NCBI GenBank assembly: GCA_049623485.1 | Contig: JBMZTB010000002.1 | Coordinates: 8,446-72,445 of the forward strand | DNA length: 64,000 bases | Direction of reading: 5' to 3' | Source of the DNA: Candidatus Poseidoniaceae archaeon | GTDB lineage: Archaea; Thermoplasmatota; Poseidoniia; Poseidoniales; Poseidoniaceae | Shown here: piece by piece, positions 35,617 through 45,481 of the stretch | Numbering within the stretch: the first letter of the stretch is position 1 | How the letters are laid out: each line of letters opens with the position of its first letter | Translations under genes and position numbers: made by a program | Notes under the pieces: model-generated | What the model was told of the DNA's origin: nothing | The model's database searches: none | What the model saw: the letters and a program-made list of their open reading frames with translations, nothing else

Positions 35617-38600
35617 TCAAAGGAGATCGTCTAAGAACGATGTATCGATACCAGGGTTGGATGAATTCTGCTTGGTACCAATATCCAAATCATTGAGTAT
35701 ACTATTGTCAACAGGAGTTCGAACAGGGTTCATGACTGGTCTTGGAGCAACGTATTCTTGTCGGTCGATTGGTGCATTCTGAATTCGGTCAGCAGCTTGG
35801 AAGAGAGACCCAGTATCTACTGGAGGTGGCGGTGGTACACTTGTTTCAGAAGGTGAATTCCATCCTTCATCATCCCCAAGCCCCCAAGTAGCGGTCTGAA
35901 TTTCCCACTGTTTGTCCTTTTGCGATTTCTTTCCGCGACCACGTACAATTGCTATGAGCAAAATCAGCGAGATAAATACCAAGCCTGCAGCGAGCAAATT
36001 CGGTGTTGTTAGAAGAGACTGGAAATCTGTACCGTCGCTTGAATCATCGGTATTTACAACTCCATTTTCAACCGCATTAATCATCACAGCATCTACCGAT
36101 TGACGAATTTGATTATCATCAAATGTTGTGACGGAGACATACCATGCTGATTTGTTATCGAGTTCAGCAAAAACAGTGGAGGATATCACGAACGAGTTCG
36201 CTGTGAGCGTCTCTCCCACAAATGTAGCATCTGAGATATCTATGAAATCCTCATCGGAAATATGGATTTGATATCCTTCTACGCCGAAATCATTTGTGTG
36301 ATTCCATGTCACCAGGATATCGGTTTCTGCAACCCATGCCAAAGTAACTCCATCAATGGCTGGAAGATAGTTGCCAGGATCTGTAATACCATCGTCAATT
36401 GATTGCGAAGAAACAACGGTCAAATCAGTCTTGTGTGCATTGGCAGATGAATCAACGGCTACAACAGCAACCCAAGTTTGCTGTCCTGGAAGTACTGGAA
36501 GGTCGCCTGCAATGATGGTTAGAATAATCGGGAAGCTTGGAATCCTATCAAGAGTCATAATAGGTGCGTTTGGTCCGTCAGAACCTACCCCAACGCTTGA
36601 GAAAGACCATGAAGCAGCATACACCTCGTATTGATAGATATCACTCGCAGTAGAAAGTCCAAACTCAAGGTCGAGAGCGGATCCATCGTCCATAGGGCGG
36701 TCGCTGAGAGAGATATCAGTAAGACGCGGTGGAGGGGTTGTATCCTCTAGATTGTTGATTGGTACAACACTTGCTGATAACAACGAATCGATGTAGACAT
36801 TTCCTTGTAAATCATGAACGGTGACTGTGACAAAGAGTTCGATTCCCGGTTGAATCAACTGGGGAGTGTCAAGAGATGAAAATTCGGATGATTGAGTTCC
36901 ATCTCCATACAATGCAGTATTCAAGGTTAATTCTATTGGATTCTTATCTTCATCAATCCATTGCTTATCGATTGAGATACAACCGCAGGTTGCAGGGTCA
37001 TCACCGTAAGCATTCCAGAGGTAGGAAATGTCATCAACTGGTTTATCTGCAGCCCACACTGTGTAATGACTGAAATCATCAGCAGAAGAGATCGACCAAA
37101 CAACATCGATGGCAGTACCGTCATCATTCGGATGATCGAATGCTTGGATATTTTCAATTCGGGAAGGAGGCATAGAAGCCCCGTCTGAATTATCAAGAGG
37201 TGTCGCTTGAACGATGTTAACATCGTTTAATTCTGCATTTAACCATGAATCATATGCAACTACGCCAATGTAGTATTCGAGTCCATCTGTCAATGGTAAG
37301 TCGTCTAATTGCGAAACAATTGTTGTGTTTTCTTGGCAAGAATTTACCACCTTGGCGACCGAAAATCCAGCGACTGAAGTAGGATTTGTTACGAACACAA
37401 CACCAGTGATCATGTAGATCGTGTAGAAGGCACAATCATCTGCATCACTTGGATCCCATCCGACAGTAATTCTGCCACCCTCATCTTCTGGGGTATCTAT
37501 TGCCCAGACATTTTCGAGTTTTGCAGGAGGCTGACCATCGTCTATTCCGCCTGTTGGTACAACAGGACCAATAATTGTCGCATTCATGATGTCTTCTTGT
37601 CCGCTGGTATCAACGCATGTGAACCCGAGCCAATACGGCTTTCCAGCATCAAGATTTAGAATGGTAAGATTTCCTTCTGTGGGAAGGACAGAGTAGGCAA
37701 TCGACAAGCCAAGAATATCGTTGATTGGTTGTGTCGATGTGTAAATACGGGTTTCGAGAAGATCAAGTGCAGAACAACGTGCCCATTCAGTTTCTAGATC
37801 GCCTTCCACACCACCATCAAGTGGTTGAGCAGTAGCCCATTCAGGAGGGGTTGGAACCTCGTTACTGGTTGTTACCGGCCCCACAATCTGGCTTGGTAAT
37901 CCGAACCGTCCGTTGTCGTATTCAACGACGATAAGAGCGTAATATTCCACGCCATCAACCAAGGGAACGCCGTTGGCCGTTGTTACATCGGCCTTGAGTC
38001 GGCTATGGAGAGATTCAGTCTTATCGATGATTCTTCCAGCAAGATCGATATCGGTCGGCAAGGCTTGCCATGGGCCTTCGTTTACATAGATGAGGTATCG
38101 ATTGAAATCTGGGTCGTGAACAAGTGACCATTCCACAGTCAATGCTCCACCGCCATCATCAGGCCTGTCGTACATATCGGCAATCTCAACAGGTGTATCT
38201 TTTCTCACCCAATCATACACAAGCCGAACCTCAATAGTCCCGTTGCTAGGTGCTATAAGTTTGAGTGGAACAATGCGAGATCCATTGATTAATTGGCCGT
38301 TGTTGATGGCTAATTGGAGACTGTTTTCAACACCAGTCGTATTGTCAAGCTCCAGTACTGCATCATATCTGAGGAGACTGGATTGAGCCCATACAGCAGC
38401 ATTTGAAACAGGAGATGTCATTACGAGAGGCACTGTTTGGAACAAGAGCCCGTGCACACCTGCCACACCTACAGAACTATCCAGAATTACAGGATTGTCT
38501 TGAGTAACAAGGTCAATTTGAAGTCCCGGATGGGTCAAGTTAGTGATTTCCATATATTGTGAATTAAAGCCGATGTTAAGTGGACTTGCATACCGCACGC

Positions 38601-41600
38601 TAATCGTTTCCATTTCGTTAAACGCAGTAGCAGGAGTCCATCCTCTTAGGCCAGCATCAGATGTGGTTAGCCAAAATCCACTGGCACCGACCGCAACATT
38701 CGTCGGGTTCTGCACGATTGCCGATTTTAGCATTGAATGTGTACTTGTTTGAGCTTCAAGTATTGCCATCCCAGAAGCACCCATGACCATCAAGTGCGTT
38801 CCGTCACTGTCCATTCGGTAAATTGGCCAACCAGAACCGAGTTCGAAACTTGCAAGGCCATCTTCGAATTCTCCAGTCAGTCCATCATAGTGAACCAACG
38901 GCCCAACATCGGTTGCGATGTGAAGACCACCGTAGTCAGAGGCGACTGATGTAATGAAGTTGGAAGGGAGTTGATCAAAGCGATGAGTGGCGGCAACAGA
39001 TGAATTAGAGAGATCAACAACGGTAAGGCCTGGGCGCTCACTTCCAGCACCATCATGTCCGAGAATCAACCATGTTCCCGATTGACTGGTTGTGTAGGTT
39101 TCAATAGACCATACAGAATTTCCTAGCAAACCATCAGCAGTCGTCATTGTATTCATAGCACCTGTAGTTGGAATGTATTGGGTTAGGCCACTTGGACTTG
39201 CGATATGGAGTACGTTTGAGATGTATCGAATGTCCTCAATATTTGACGTGGGGAGGCCATCTGATGTTGTCAATGGATTGTCCCAGTCGTTTGTTGTGAG
39301 ATTCCAACGACCAATTCCGTTCTGTGTTGCGATGTAGATGTGAGAATTGGAAAAGGCGAATCCTTGAATGTTGTCAGAAGGAAGGCCTGATAGAAGTTGG
39401 CCGCTGGTGAATTGCTGAGTTGCTACATCGAAGACCTGGACACCAGCAGCTGTTGACGAAGTGCCAAGCAATCCAATAAAGAGCGTTGAGGTACCACCTG
39501 ATTGGTAAAGTCCAATTCCATCTTGGCTGTTATGGACTGCGCCATTCATGAGTTGCAGAACATTTGTCGTTGTATTGAGAGTGTACATCCCACCATTTTC
39601 AGTTGTGATGTAAATTTTCGTTCCTTCCATCAACATGGAGTTTACTTGGTTATTGAATGAAAGAGACCAACCTTCGTTCCAGTCAATGCCTCCGCTGGAG
39701 TTGAATGTGCCTTGTAGAATACCTCCAGAACCTGCTCCTGGACTGTTGCCGTTCAAGGTGACTGAATAGGTAGAGACCCAAATTCGAGAACCGTCGCTGA
39801 CCATTGCTTTGATGTTCCCACTAACCAAAGCAGGTAATTCAAATTCAGTATTCAAACCGGTCGAACTAAGTCTGTCAACATGAGAGTAGCCACTCGCTCC
39901 TCCTGCTTGTCCGATGAGCCATTCATTTCCACTGTATTTGATTGAGGTAACTGCAGTTCCTACGGATTGTACACTCGCTTGACCAGAGATTGCACCAAGC
40001 GTCGAAATAGCCGCAAAGCCTCCATTGTTATCGTAACCGATCAATAATTTACCATTTGCATAGCTAAATGCATCAAGCCAAACTGGATCTGTCGGAATTC
40101 CGTTTCCGTTAGATGTTATCTCCGCAATCCATGCAGATTGTGTCGTATCGTATTTCGAAATCGGTAAGTTATCATCATCGTATCCGACATACAAAGTCTC
40201 GGATGGGTCGCAAGCAACTGCAGCGACTCGCCCGCTCTTGAGAACAGATGTTGTAAATGACCCAACAGCGGTTGTATTTGCGAGGTCAATGTATGTCACC
40301 CCTCCATTGTTGTTGAAAAGTCCAACATACAAGTAAGATCCACATTCAGTCATCGAGATAGGATAGCCATTTGGAATTCCATTTTGGCCAGTGGTGTAAG
40401 TTGTCCAAGTGCCAGATGCATCAAGTTGACCAATTGTTCCTCGTTGGAATCCACCCCAACCTGCAAAGTTTGCTGAACCAACCATCAAGGTACTTCCATC
40501 TGTCCAAAGTTCACCGATCCAATCCCCCATTGCGTTCGGTAAGCCGTTACCAGGCGTCCATGCTGTTTCCCATTGGAAGGAAGATTCGTTGAATCGTTCA
40601 ATACCGTCTTCGGTGGCAAACAAAATCAAACCATCAAATTCGATAATTTCTCGAATTGGAAATGAAAGTGAATCCCAAGAACCGAGTTTTGTTCCACTCG
40701 GGCTGTAGACTTCAAGGCCTATCTCTCCCCAAGAAATCCATGTGTGACCAGTCGACGAATTGAATGCTGTAACCCGATCTACCGAACCTTCTGGCAAGAC
40801 GGAAGAGTTCCATGTTTGAGTTGCTAAATCATATTGCGCAATTCCTCCGCTCCCTTCCTGATTCCACCATTGTCCAGATACTACACTTGCAAGAAGTGTG
40901 TCTCCAACGATGGTCATACCCACAACATCGCCGCCATTTTCACTGACTTCTTGGCCAGCATCAAGTGGTGTTATCGCAGTAAAATTCCCAACATCAATGC
41001 CGTAAATGCTGTCGCTTGATACGCCCTGATGGTAATACATAGTGTATCCATACATTGTCAAATCGTATGGGTCGCCGTTCCCGACGTATAGACTGTTTGA
41101 GACTTCAATATCATACGCCTCTGTACTTGTAGTTGTGTTGATTAATTGAAAACCATCTTCTCCTCCAATCCAAATAAAGCCAGGTCGAATATCTTCAATC
41201 ATACCAGTTACGTACTCATTTCCACTATCTAGGACGTTACTCGTCGTCCATGTTGTCAGCCATTGACTGTTTGCAATGTCCCATCGAGCAACTCCGATAC
41301 TTGACAACCCGATGTATGCGATATCATCGATAATTTCAACGATCGCATTGTCAGTTTGTGAACCAGCATCCCATTCTCCGACGACACTGAATGATGATTT
41401 TTCAATGAGTCCTACGCCAGAGAAGGTTCCACCAAAGACTGTGGTGCTGTTAACTCCGACAGCATAAGTTCCCCAATTAGGCATCCCATCATAGACGTTG
41501 AGGCAGTCATCGATGTTTCCTGACAGATCATACTTGCATACGCCGATGTTTGTACCAGACCACATCGAATTTCCATCAAGAACATAATCAAAATGTTGTG

Positions 41601-43884
41601 ATGGACGCTTTGTCCAGTCACTTCGAGGCCCGATTGTTGTCTCACTAACAGAGAAACCATCCCAAATATATCCTGCAATATTTGTTCCAATCCATAAATC
41701 GTTACCGCTGGCTTCAAGGGCATAGATTGTGTTTGTTTGCATGTTCGTTGTGTCTGAATTAAGCGGAGTCAATATTTCTCCAGTTAGAATATTCTTCCGA
41801 GCTACACCGTACCCGGATAAGCCCATGTGAACCACATCTCCTATTACTGCCACGGGGGCATTATCGACGCCATTGATTCCCGTCGATCCCCATGAAGCAA
41901 GGAATGTATCATTACTGATTTCATATCTGAGCAATCCTTCAGTACTCGCCACATAGCATACGTCTGCGTAGATTGCAAGTTGCCCTGTTAAACCAACGCC
42001 AGACTTCAAAAGTGTCGCAGAGCCGATGGCTGTCGCATCAGCATCTATTCTGTAAACTCCATTGGGTTGAATAACGATAATGTTGCATCCAGTAGAATCT
42101 CCACAGTCGCCTATTGCTGCAATATCGGCGACGTAATTGTCAGAAGAATCTGTGGAAGAACTTGGCGGGACATTTGCTCGGACAGTACCGTTCTCGATGA
42201 GGAAAACCCCGTCATCAACAGTTCCTGCAAGAATCGTATCTCCTGCAAGTTCAAGAGCAGTTATCCTATCACCCAAATCAATAGAGGTTAGCCAAAGTGA
42301 ATTTGCTATATCGAATCTGTCGAGTTGTTCCGAGGTAAATCCTGCAACGTAAAGAATCCCATTGTGTTCGACTGCGTCGCTCATTGCAGAACCAGATGGC
42401 CCACTTGCGATAACAATTTCACGTTGCATTGTGCTTGACATTGTGGCATCAATGAGAATCAGGCGACTTCCGTCTGTCATTGCATGCATCATTGTTGAAG
42501 GTGCTCGTGCGCCTCCAGGAGACCATGGCATCATTTTGCTAACAGCGGTTTCTGTTAGGTTCATCTGGCTCAAATCAATCGAAGAACCGAAAACTCCAGT
42601 TGAAAGGTTGTAACGATGCAGTTCATTTCCACTCATGATGTGAAGCGTGTCTTGATGTGCCTGAGCACCGTACACCGTATTTGAAGCAAGCCAGTTTGCG
42701 TCATTCCATGTCGCTAGCCAGAATCCCGAATTCCAATTGAATCGCGCAAGTCCGTTATCTGGAGATGAAAAGAGGAGTTGATTTCCAGCAGTGATAATTT
42801 CAGAGATTGTGTTGCTGTGGAGAACATTTCCGGAGTTCCATGATGAGAGCGCTTGATTAGCCGATAAATCGTATCGCTCTACACCGTTATCAGTTGCCAT
42901 GTAAAGAATATTATTCTCTTCATGAAGATCGTTAACATCTGTGTTTGAAGAGGATGAAAGAAGAAGATTCCAGCTAGAAGAAGTTGAATCAAAGACATAG
43001 AGGTCTCCTTGGGAGTTTGCTGCATAAATCCCTGAAGCTAAAACCTCAAAGGCGCCAATTTCACCAGCAGGGAAGGATGGCAGCCCAGCCCCAACAGTTC
43101 CGTCGAGCACTGAAATCATTCTAAATTCGGATGATTCTTCAAAGGCAACATGGACGTTACCATTCGGTCCAATGGCTATATCGGAAATGATTCCGAGTGA
43201 AGATTCAAGTTCTTCAAAATCGTAAAAATCAATAATTGCAGGATTGTTTGTTGCATCAAATACCAGAATGGTATCGCCGGTTACAAGGTATAGTTGCCCA
43301 TCAACGGGGTGTTGAGCGTACGACGTGATTGGAATTGTTACTGGAGTAAAGGACGTGAGAGGGTCAACTGGAGCAAGGGCCTCGAATGCGAGTTCTGTAA
43401 TCATCGCATCAGAAGGTAAGGTCCAGCCAGCGCCACTAGCACTGTTTGGAGAGAGCCGATCGGTGTATGGATTTGCTCCATCAAATGAATCAGATGCGCC
43501 TAATATGCCCAATCCTCTCCAATCGAAGAGATTGACGCCTATGTCATTGGCTACGAGAAGCGGCTGATCGATCATCAATCCATCAGAACCATTCACATGA
43601 ATCTGAAGAGAAGCGTTTGAAATCTCTGCGCCTGGAGCGAACTCGAGAATCCAATCTGCAGTGGCTTGACTACTGAGTATTGGGTCCGAACCAATGGTTG
43701 CATTGAGTTGAATCCAACCCGTATCATTGCTACCGGAAAGTGGCCAAGAAATGACGTCCCCTGTTTCATGAGCGGAAGCCATTGGAACGGCTGTGAGAGC
43801 AAGAGACCATGATGAAATCAGCATTAATGCTGTTAGAAACATTGCCCGTCGCGACCGAGATGGTTGATTATGGGCTTCGCTCAT
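35617..43884 (-). CDS. Giant type-I membrane-anchored surface protein: serial beta-propeller repeats plus FN3-like modules
   Basis: N-terminal signal RSRRAMFLTALMLISSWSLALTAVPMASA. About 1,800 aa of Reg_prop-like blades follow (NNILYMATDNGVERYDL, GLARFNWNSGFW, IWIGGEDGFQLIN, ILFATEDGIERFNES, IYIATQNGIGRWNL). Next come 5-6 FN3-like modules, a TM helix (about 35944-36003) and a 108-aa cytoplasmic tail. ATG 43884 is preferred over GTG 43947, which overlaps pyk. Confidence 0.8.
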   Translation of the reverse strand: MSEAHNQPSRSRRAMFLTALMLISSWSLALTAVPMASAHETGDVISWPLSGSNDTGWIQLNATIGSDPILSSQATADWILEFAPGAEISNASLQIHVNGSDGLMIDQPLLVANDIGVNLFDWRGLGILGASDSFDGANPYTDRLSPNSASGAGWTLPSDAMITELAFEALAPVDPLTSFTPVTIPITSYAQHPVDGQLYLVTGDTILVFDATNNPAIIDFYDFEELESSLGIISDIAIGPNGNVHVAFEESSEFRMISVLDGTVGAGLPSFPAGEIGAFEVLASGIYAANSQGDLYVFDSTSSSWNLLLSSSSNTDVNDLHEENNILYMATDNGVERYDLSANQALSSWNSGNVLHSNTISEIITAGNQLLFSSPDNGLARFNWNSGFWLATWNDANWLASNTVYGAQAHQDTLHIMSGNELHRYNLSTGVFGSSIDLSQMNLTETAVSKMMPWSPGGARAPSTMMHAMTDGSRLILIDATMSSTMQREIVIASGPSGSAMSDAVEHNGILYVAGFTSEQLDRFDIANSLWLTSIDLGDRITALELAGDTILAGTVDDGVFLIENGTVRANVPPSSSTDSSDNYVADIAAIGDCGDSTGCNIIVIQPNGVYRIDADATAIGSATLLKSGVGLTGQLAIYADVCYVASTEGLLRYEISNDTFLASWGSTGINGVDNAPVAVIGDVVHMGLSGYGVARKNILTGEILTPLNSDTTNMQTNTIYALEASGNDLWIGTNIAGYIWDGFSVSETTIGPRSDWTKRPSQHFDYVLDGNSMWSGTNIGVCKYDLSGNIDDCLNVYDGMPNWGTYAVGVNSTTVFGGTFSGVGLIEKSSFSVVGEWDAGSQTDNAIVEIIDDIAYIGLSSIGVARWDIANSQWLTTWTTSNVLDSGNEYVTGMIEDIRPGFIWIGGEDGFQLINTTTSTEAYDIEVSNSLYVGNGDPYDLTMYGYTMYYHQGVSSDSIYGIDVGNFTAITPLDAGQEVSENGGDVVGMTIVGDTLLASVVSGQWWNQEGSGGIAQYDLATQTWNSSVLPEGSVDRVTAFNSSTGHTWISWGEIGLEVYSPSGTKLGSWDSLSFPIREIIEFDGLILFATEDGIERFNESSFQWETAWTPGNGLPNAMGDWIGELWTDGSTLMVGSANFAGWGGFQRGTIGQLDASGTWTTYTTGQNGIPNGYPISMTECGSYLYVGLFNNNGGVTYIDLANTTAVGSFTTSVLKSGRVAAVACDPSETLYVGYDDDNLPISKYDTTQSAWIAEITSNGNGIPTDPVWLDAFSYANGKLLIGYDNNGGFAAISTLGAISGQASVQSVGTAVTSIKYSGNEWLIGQAGGASGYSHVDRLSSTGLNTEFELPALVSGNIKAMVSDGSRIWVSTYSVTLNGNSPGAGSGGILQGTFNSSGGIDWNEGWSLSFNNQVNSMLMEGTKIYITTENGGMYTLNTTTNVLQLMNGAVHNSQDGIGLYQSGGTSTLFIGLLGTSSTAAGVQVFDVATQQFTSGQLLSGLPSDNIQGFAFSNSHIYIATQNGIGRWNLTTNDWDNPLTTSDGLPTSNIEDIRYISNVLHIASPSGLTQYIPTTGAMNTMTTADGLLGNSVWSIETYTTSQSGTWLILGHDGAGSERPGLTVVDLSNSSVAATHRFDQLPSNFITSVASDYGGLHIATDVGPLVHYDGLTGEFEDGLASFELGSGWPIYRMDSDGTHLMVMGASGMAILEAQTSTHSMLKSAIVQNPTNVAVGASGFWLTTSDAGLRGWTPATAFNEMETISVRYASPLNIGFNSQYMEITNLTHPGLQIDLVTQDNPVILDSSVGVAGVHGLLFQTVPLVMTSPVSNAAVWAQSSLLRYDAVLELDNTTGVENSLQLAINNGQLINGSRIVPLKLIAPSNGTIEVRLVYDWVRKDTPVEIADMYDRPDDGGGALTVEWSLVHDPDFNRYLIYVNEGPWQALPTDIDLAGRIIDKTESLHSRLKADVTTANGVPLVDGVEYYALIVVEYDNGRFGLPSQIVGPVTTSNEVPTPPEWATAQPLDGGVEGDLETEWARCSALDLLETRIYTSTQPINDILGLSIAYSVLPTEGNLTILNLDAGKPYWLGFTCVDTSGQEDIMNATIIGPVVPTGGIDDGQPPAKLENVWAIDTPEDEGGRITVGWDPSDADDCAFYTIYMITGVVFVTNPTSVAGFSVAKVVNSCQENTTIVSQLDDLPLTDGLEYYIGVVAYDSWLNAELNDVNIVQATPLDNSDGASMPPSRIENIQAFDHPNDDGTAIDVVWSISSADDFSHYTVWAADKPVDDISYLWNAYGDDPATCGCISIDKQWIDEDKNPIELTLNTALYGDGTQSSEFSSLDTPQLIQPGIELFVTVTVHDLQGNVYIDSLLSASVVPINNLEDTTPPPRLTDISLSDRPMDDGSALDLEFGLSTASDIYQYEVYAASWSFSSVGVGSDGPNAPIMTLDRIPSFPIILTIIAGDLPVLPGQQTWVAVVAVDSSANAHKTDLTVVSSQSIDDGITDPGNYLPAIDGVTLAWVAETDILVTWNHTNDFGVEGYQIHISDEDFIDISDATFVGETLTANSFVISSTVFAELDNKSAWYVSVTTFDDNQIRQSVDAVMINAVENGVVNTDDSSDGTDFQSLLTTPNLLAAGLVFISLILLIAIVRGRGKKSQKDKQWEIQTATWGLGDDEGWNSPSETSVPPPPPVDTGSLFQAADRIQNAPIDRQEYVAPRPVMNPVRTPVDNSILNDLDIGTKQNSSNPGIDTSFLDDLL
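36066..38175 (-). repeat. Array of 5-6 divergent FN3/Ig-like modules inside the giant surface protein (protein-level repeat)
   Basis: A recurring signature occurs about every 110-145 aa: DDGGGALTVEWSLVHDPDFNRYLIYV; EDEGGRITVGWDPSDADDCAFYTIYM; NDDGTAIDVVWSISSADDFSHYTVWA; MDDGSALDLEFGLSTASDIYQYEVYA; ETDILVTWNHTNDFGVEGYQIHI. Coordinates are approximate. Confidence 0.55.
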
Positions 43885-43943
43885 GGGTTCTAATGCGTTC
43901 TTCTCACTATTTGAATGCGGTGTCTTATTGATAGAACAATACT

Positions 43944-45413
43944 TCACTCCAGATCGGAGAGTTCACCGTCTTTTTGCACCTGTAACAATCGAATGGTGGA
44001 TGTTCTACCGCTGATTGCTTGAGGGGATCCTGAAATAGCAACAATTTTTTCATCAGGTTTGATTTTTTTCTGCTCATATAACAATCGAACAGCCTCTGCA
44101 ACCGTCGAGCGTGCTCTCGGTTTTTCTTCGACCAACAATCCTTCAACACCGGGCAAAATGGTTGTTCGACGGGCTGCCCGTATACGGTTTGTCATGGCGT
44201 AAATAGGGATTCTTGGACGATGTGCAGCCATCAGCCGAGCAGCGTTCCCGTGTTCAGTTGCGACGATTAAATGGTTTACGTTTGTCTGTCTAGCAATGTC
44301 AACTGCCGCACCTGCTATAACACGCGTTGAAACATAAGCAGCTAAGGCAGGAGGTTCGGGCAAATCTGCTGTTGATGCATCAACAGTTTCAGCAATCCTC
44401 GCCATTGTTTCCACCGCTTTAACGGGATGCTGTCCTCCTGCGGTTTCTCCCGAGAGCATGACTGCACTAACGTGCTGCCGAATAGCAGTTGCAACATCAG
44501 TCACTTCTGCTCTTGTTGGTCGTGCATGATTGACCATACTTTCGAGCATTTGAGTTGCAACAACAACGGGCGTCCCTCTTTCGAGACATGCAGAAACGAT
44601 TCTTTCTTGAGCCGCAGGAACTTCCTCGAGCGGTATTTCAACGCCCAAATCACCTCTTGCAACCATAACAACATCTGCCGCTTCAACGATTGCATTCAGG
44701 TCCTTTAGAGCCGCCGGATGTTCAATTTTCGCAACAATCCAGGTATGTACTCCAGCCTGCTTGATTCGTTCGCGCGCAGGTTCTAAATCGCCTGCACTTC
44801 GGACATACGATACAGCAACAAAATCTACATTTTGAGAGAGTGCATGTTCAAGGCAATCGAGATCATGAGGCCCAACTGCAGGAAGTTTAACCAATGTTCT
44901 TGGAACGTTTATTCCCTTTCTTTCAGTTAAAATTCCGCCATCTTCAACTCGACAACGGACAACTTCGCCAATATGTTCAGGCGCTGATAGAACCTCTAAT
45001 CGAATCAAGCCATCAGATAAGAGGACAGGATCTCCGACGCGTAAATCTTTGGACAATCCGTCCCATTCCACTGGCAATGTTTTGACAGGTTCCCCGAGAA
45101 TTGTATTTGCTTGTGTGGGCAAACCCTCTGGGAATCCACAATGAAGATCGACAAGTTCGCCTCTTTCCAGATTGACTTCACCTTCAAAGGTCCCAAGGCG
45201 GAGTTTAGGGCCGGGAAGATCTGCTAACAATCCAACATATTTCCCAACTTCTTCCTCCGCTGCACGGATGTTCTGTATTGTCTTCTCTTTCCCTTTGAAA
45301 TCACCATGAGAATAATTCAAGCGGGCAATATCCATACCTGCTTCAATCATCTGTTTTAGTGCCTCAACGTTATCACTTGCCGGGCCAATTGTTGCAATGA
45401 TTCTCGAACGCAT
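43944..45413 (-). CDS. pyk: Pyruvate kinase
   Basis: RIIATIGPAS, MDIARLNYSHGD, IVAKIEHP, VMVARGDLGVEIP, VVATQMLESM and MLSGETAGG. Confidence 0.92.
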   Translation of the reverse strand: MRSRIIATIGPASDNVEALKQMIEAGMDIARLNYSHGDFKGKEKTIQNIRAAEEEVGKYVGLLADLPGPKLRLGTFEGEVNLERGELVDLHCGFPEGLPTQANTILGEPVKTLPVEWDGLSKDLRVGDPVLLSDGLIRLEVLSAPEHIGEVVRCRVEDGGILTERKGINVPRTLVKLPAVGPHDLDCLEHALSQNVDFVAVSYVRSAGDLEPARERIKQAGVHTWIVAKIEHPAALKDLNAIVEAADVVMVARGDLGVEIPLEEVPAAQERIVSACLERGTPVVVATQMLESMVNHARPTRAEVTDVATAIRQHVSAVMLSGETAGGQHPVKAVETMARIAETVDASTADLPEPPALAAYVSTRVIAGAAVDIARQTNVNHLIVATEHGNAARLMAAHRPRIPIYAMTNRIRAARRTTILPGVEGLLVEEKPRARSTVAEAVRLLYEQKKIKPDEKIVAISGSPQAISGRTSTIRLLQVQKDGELSDLE

Positions 45414-45481
45414 GTCCTCTCCTCATACCTCAACAAGAGCAAGCAACCCATAGTCCTTACATCACTGGTTCATCAAATCGA

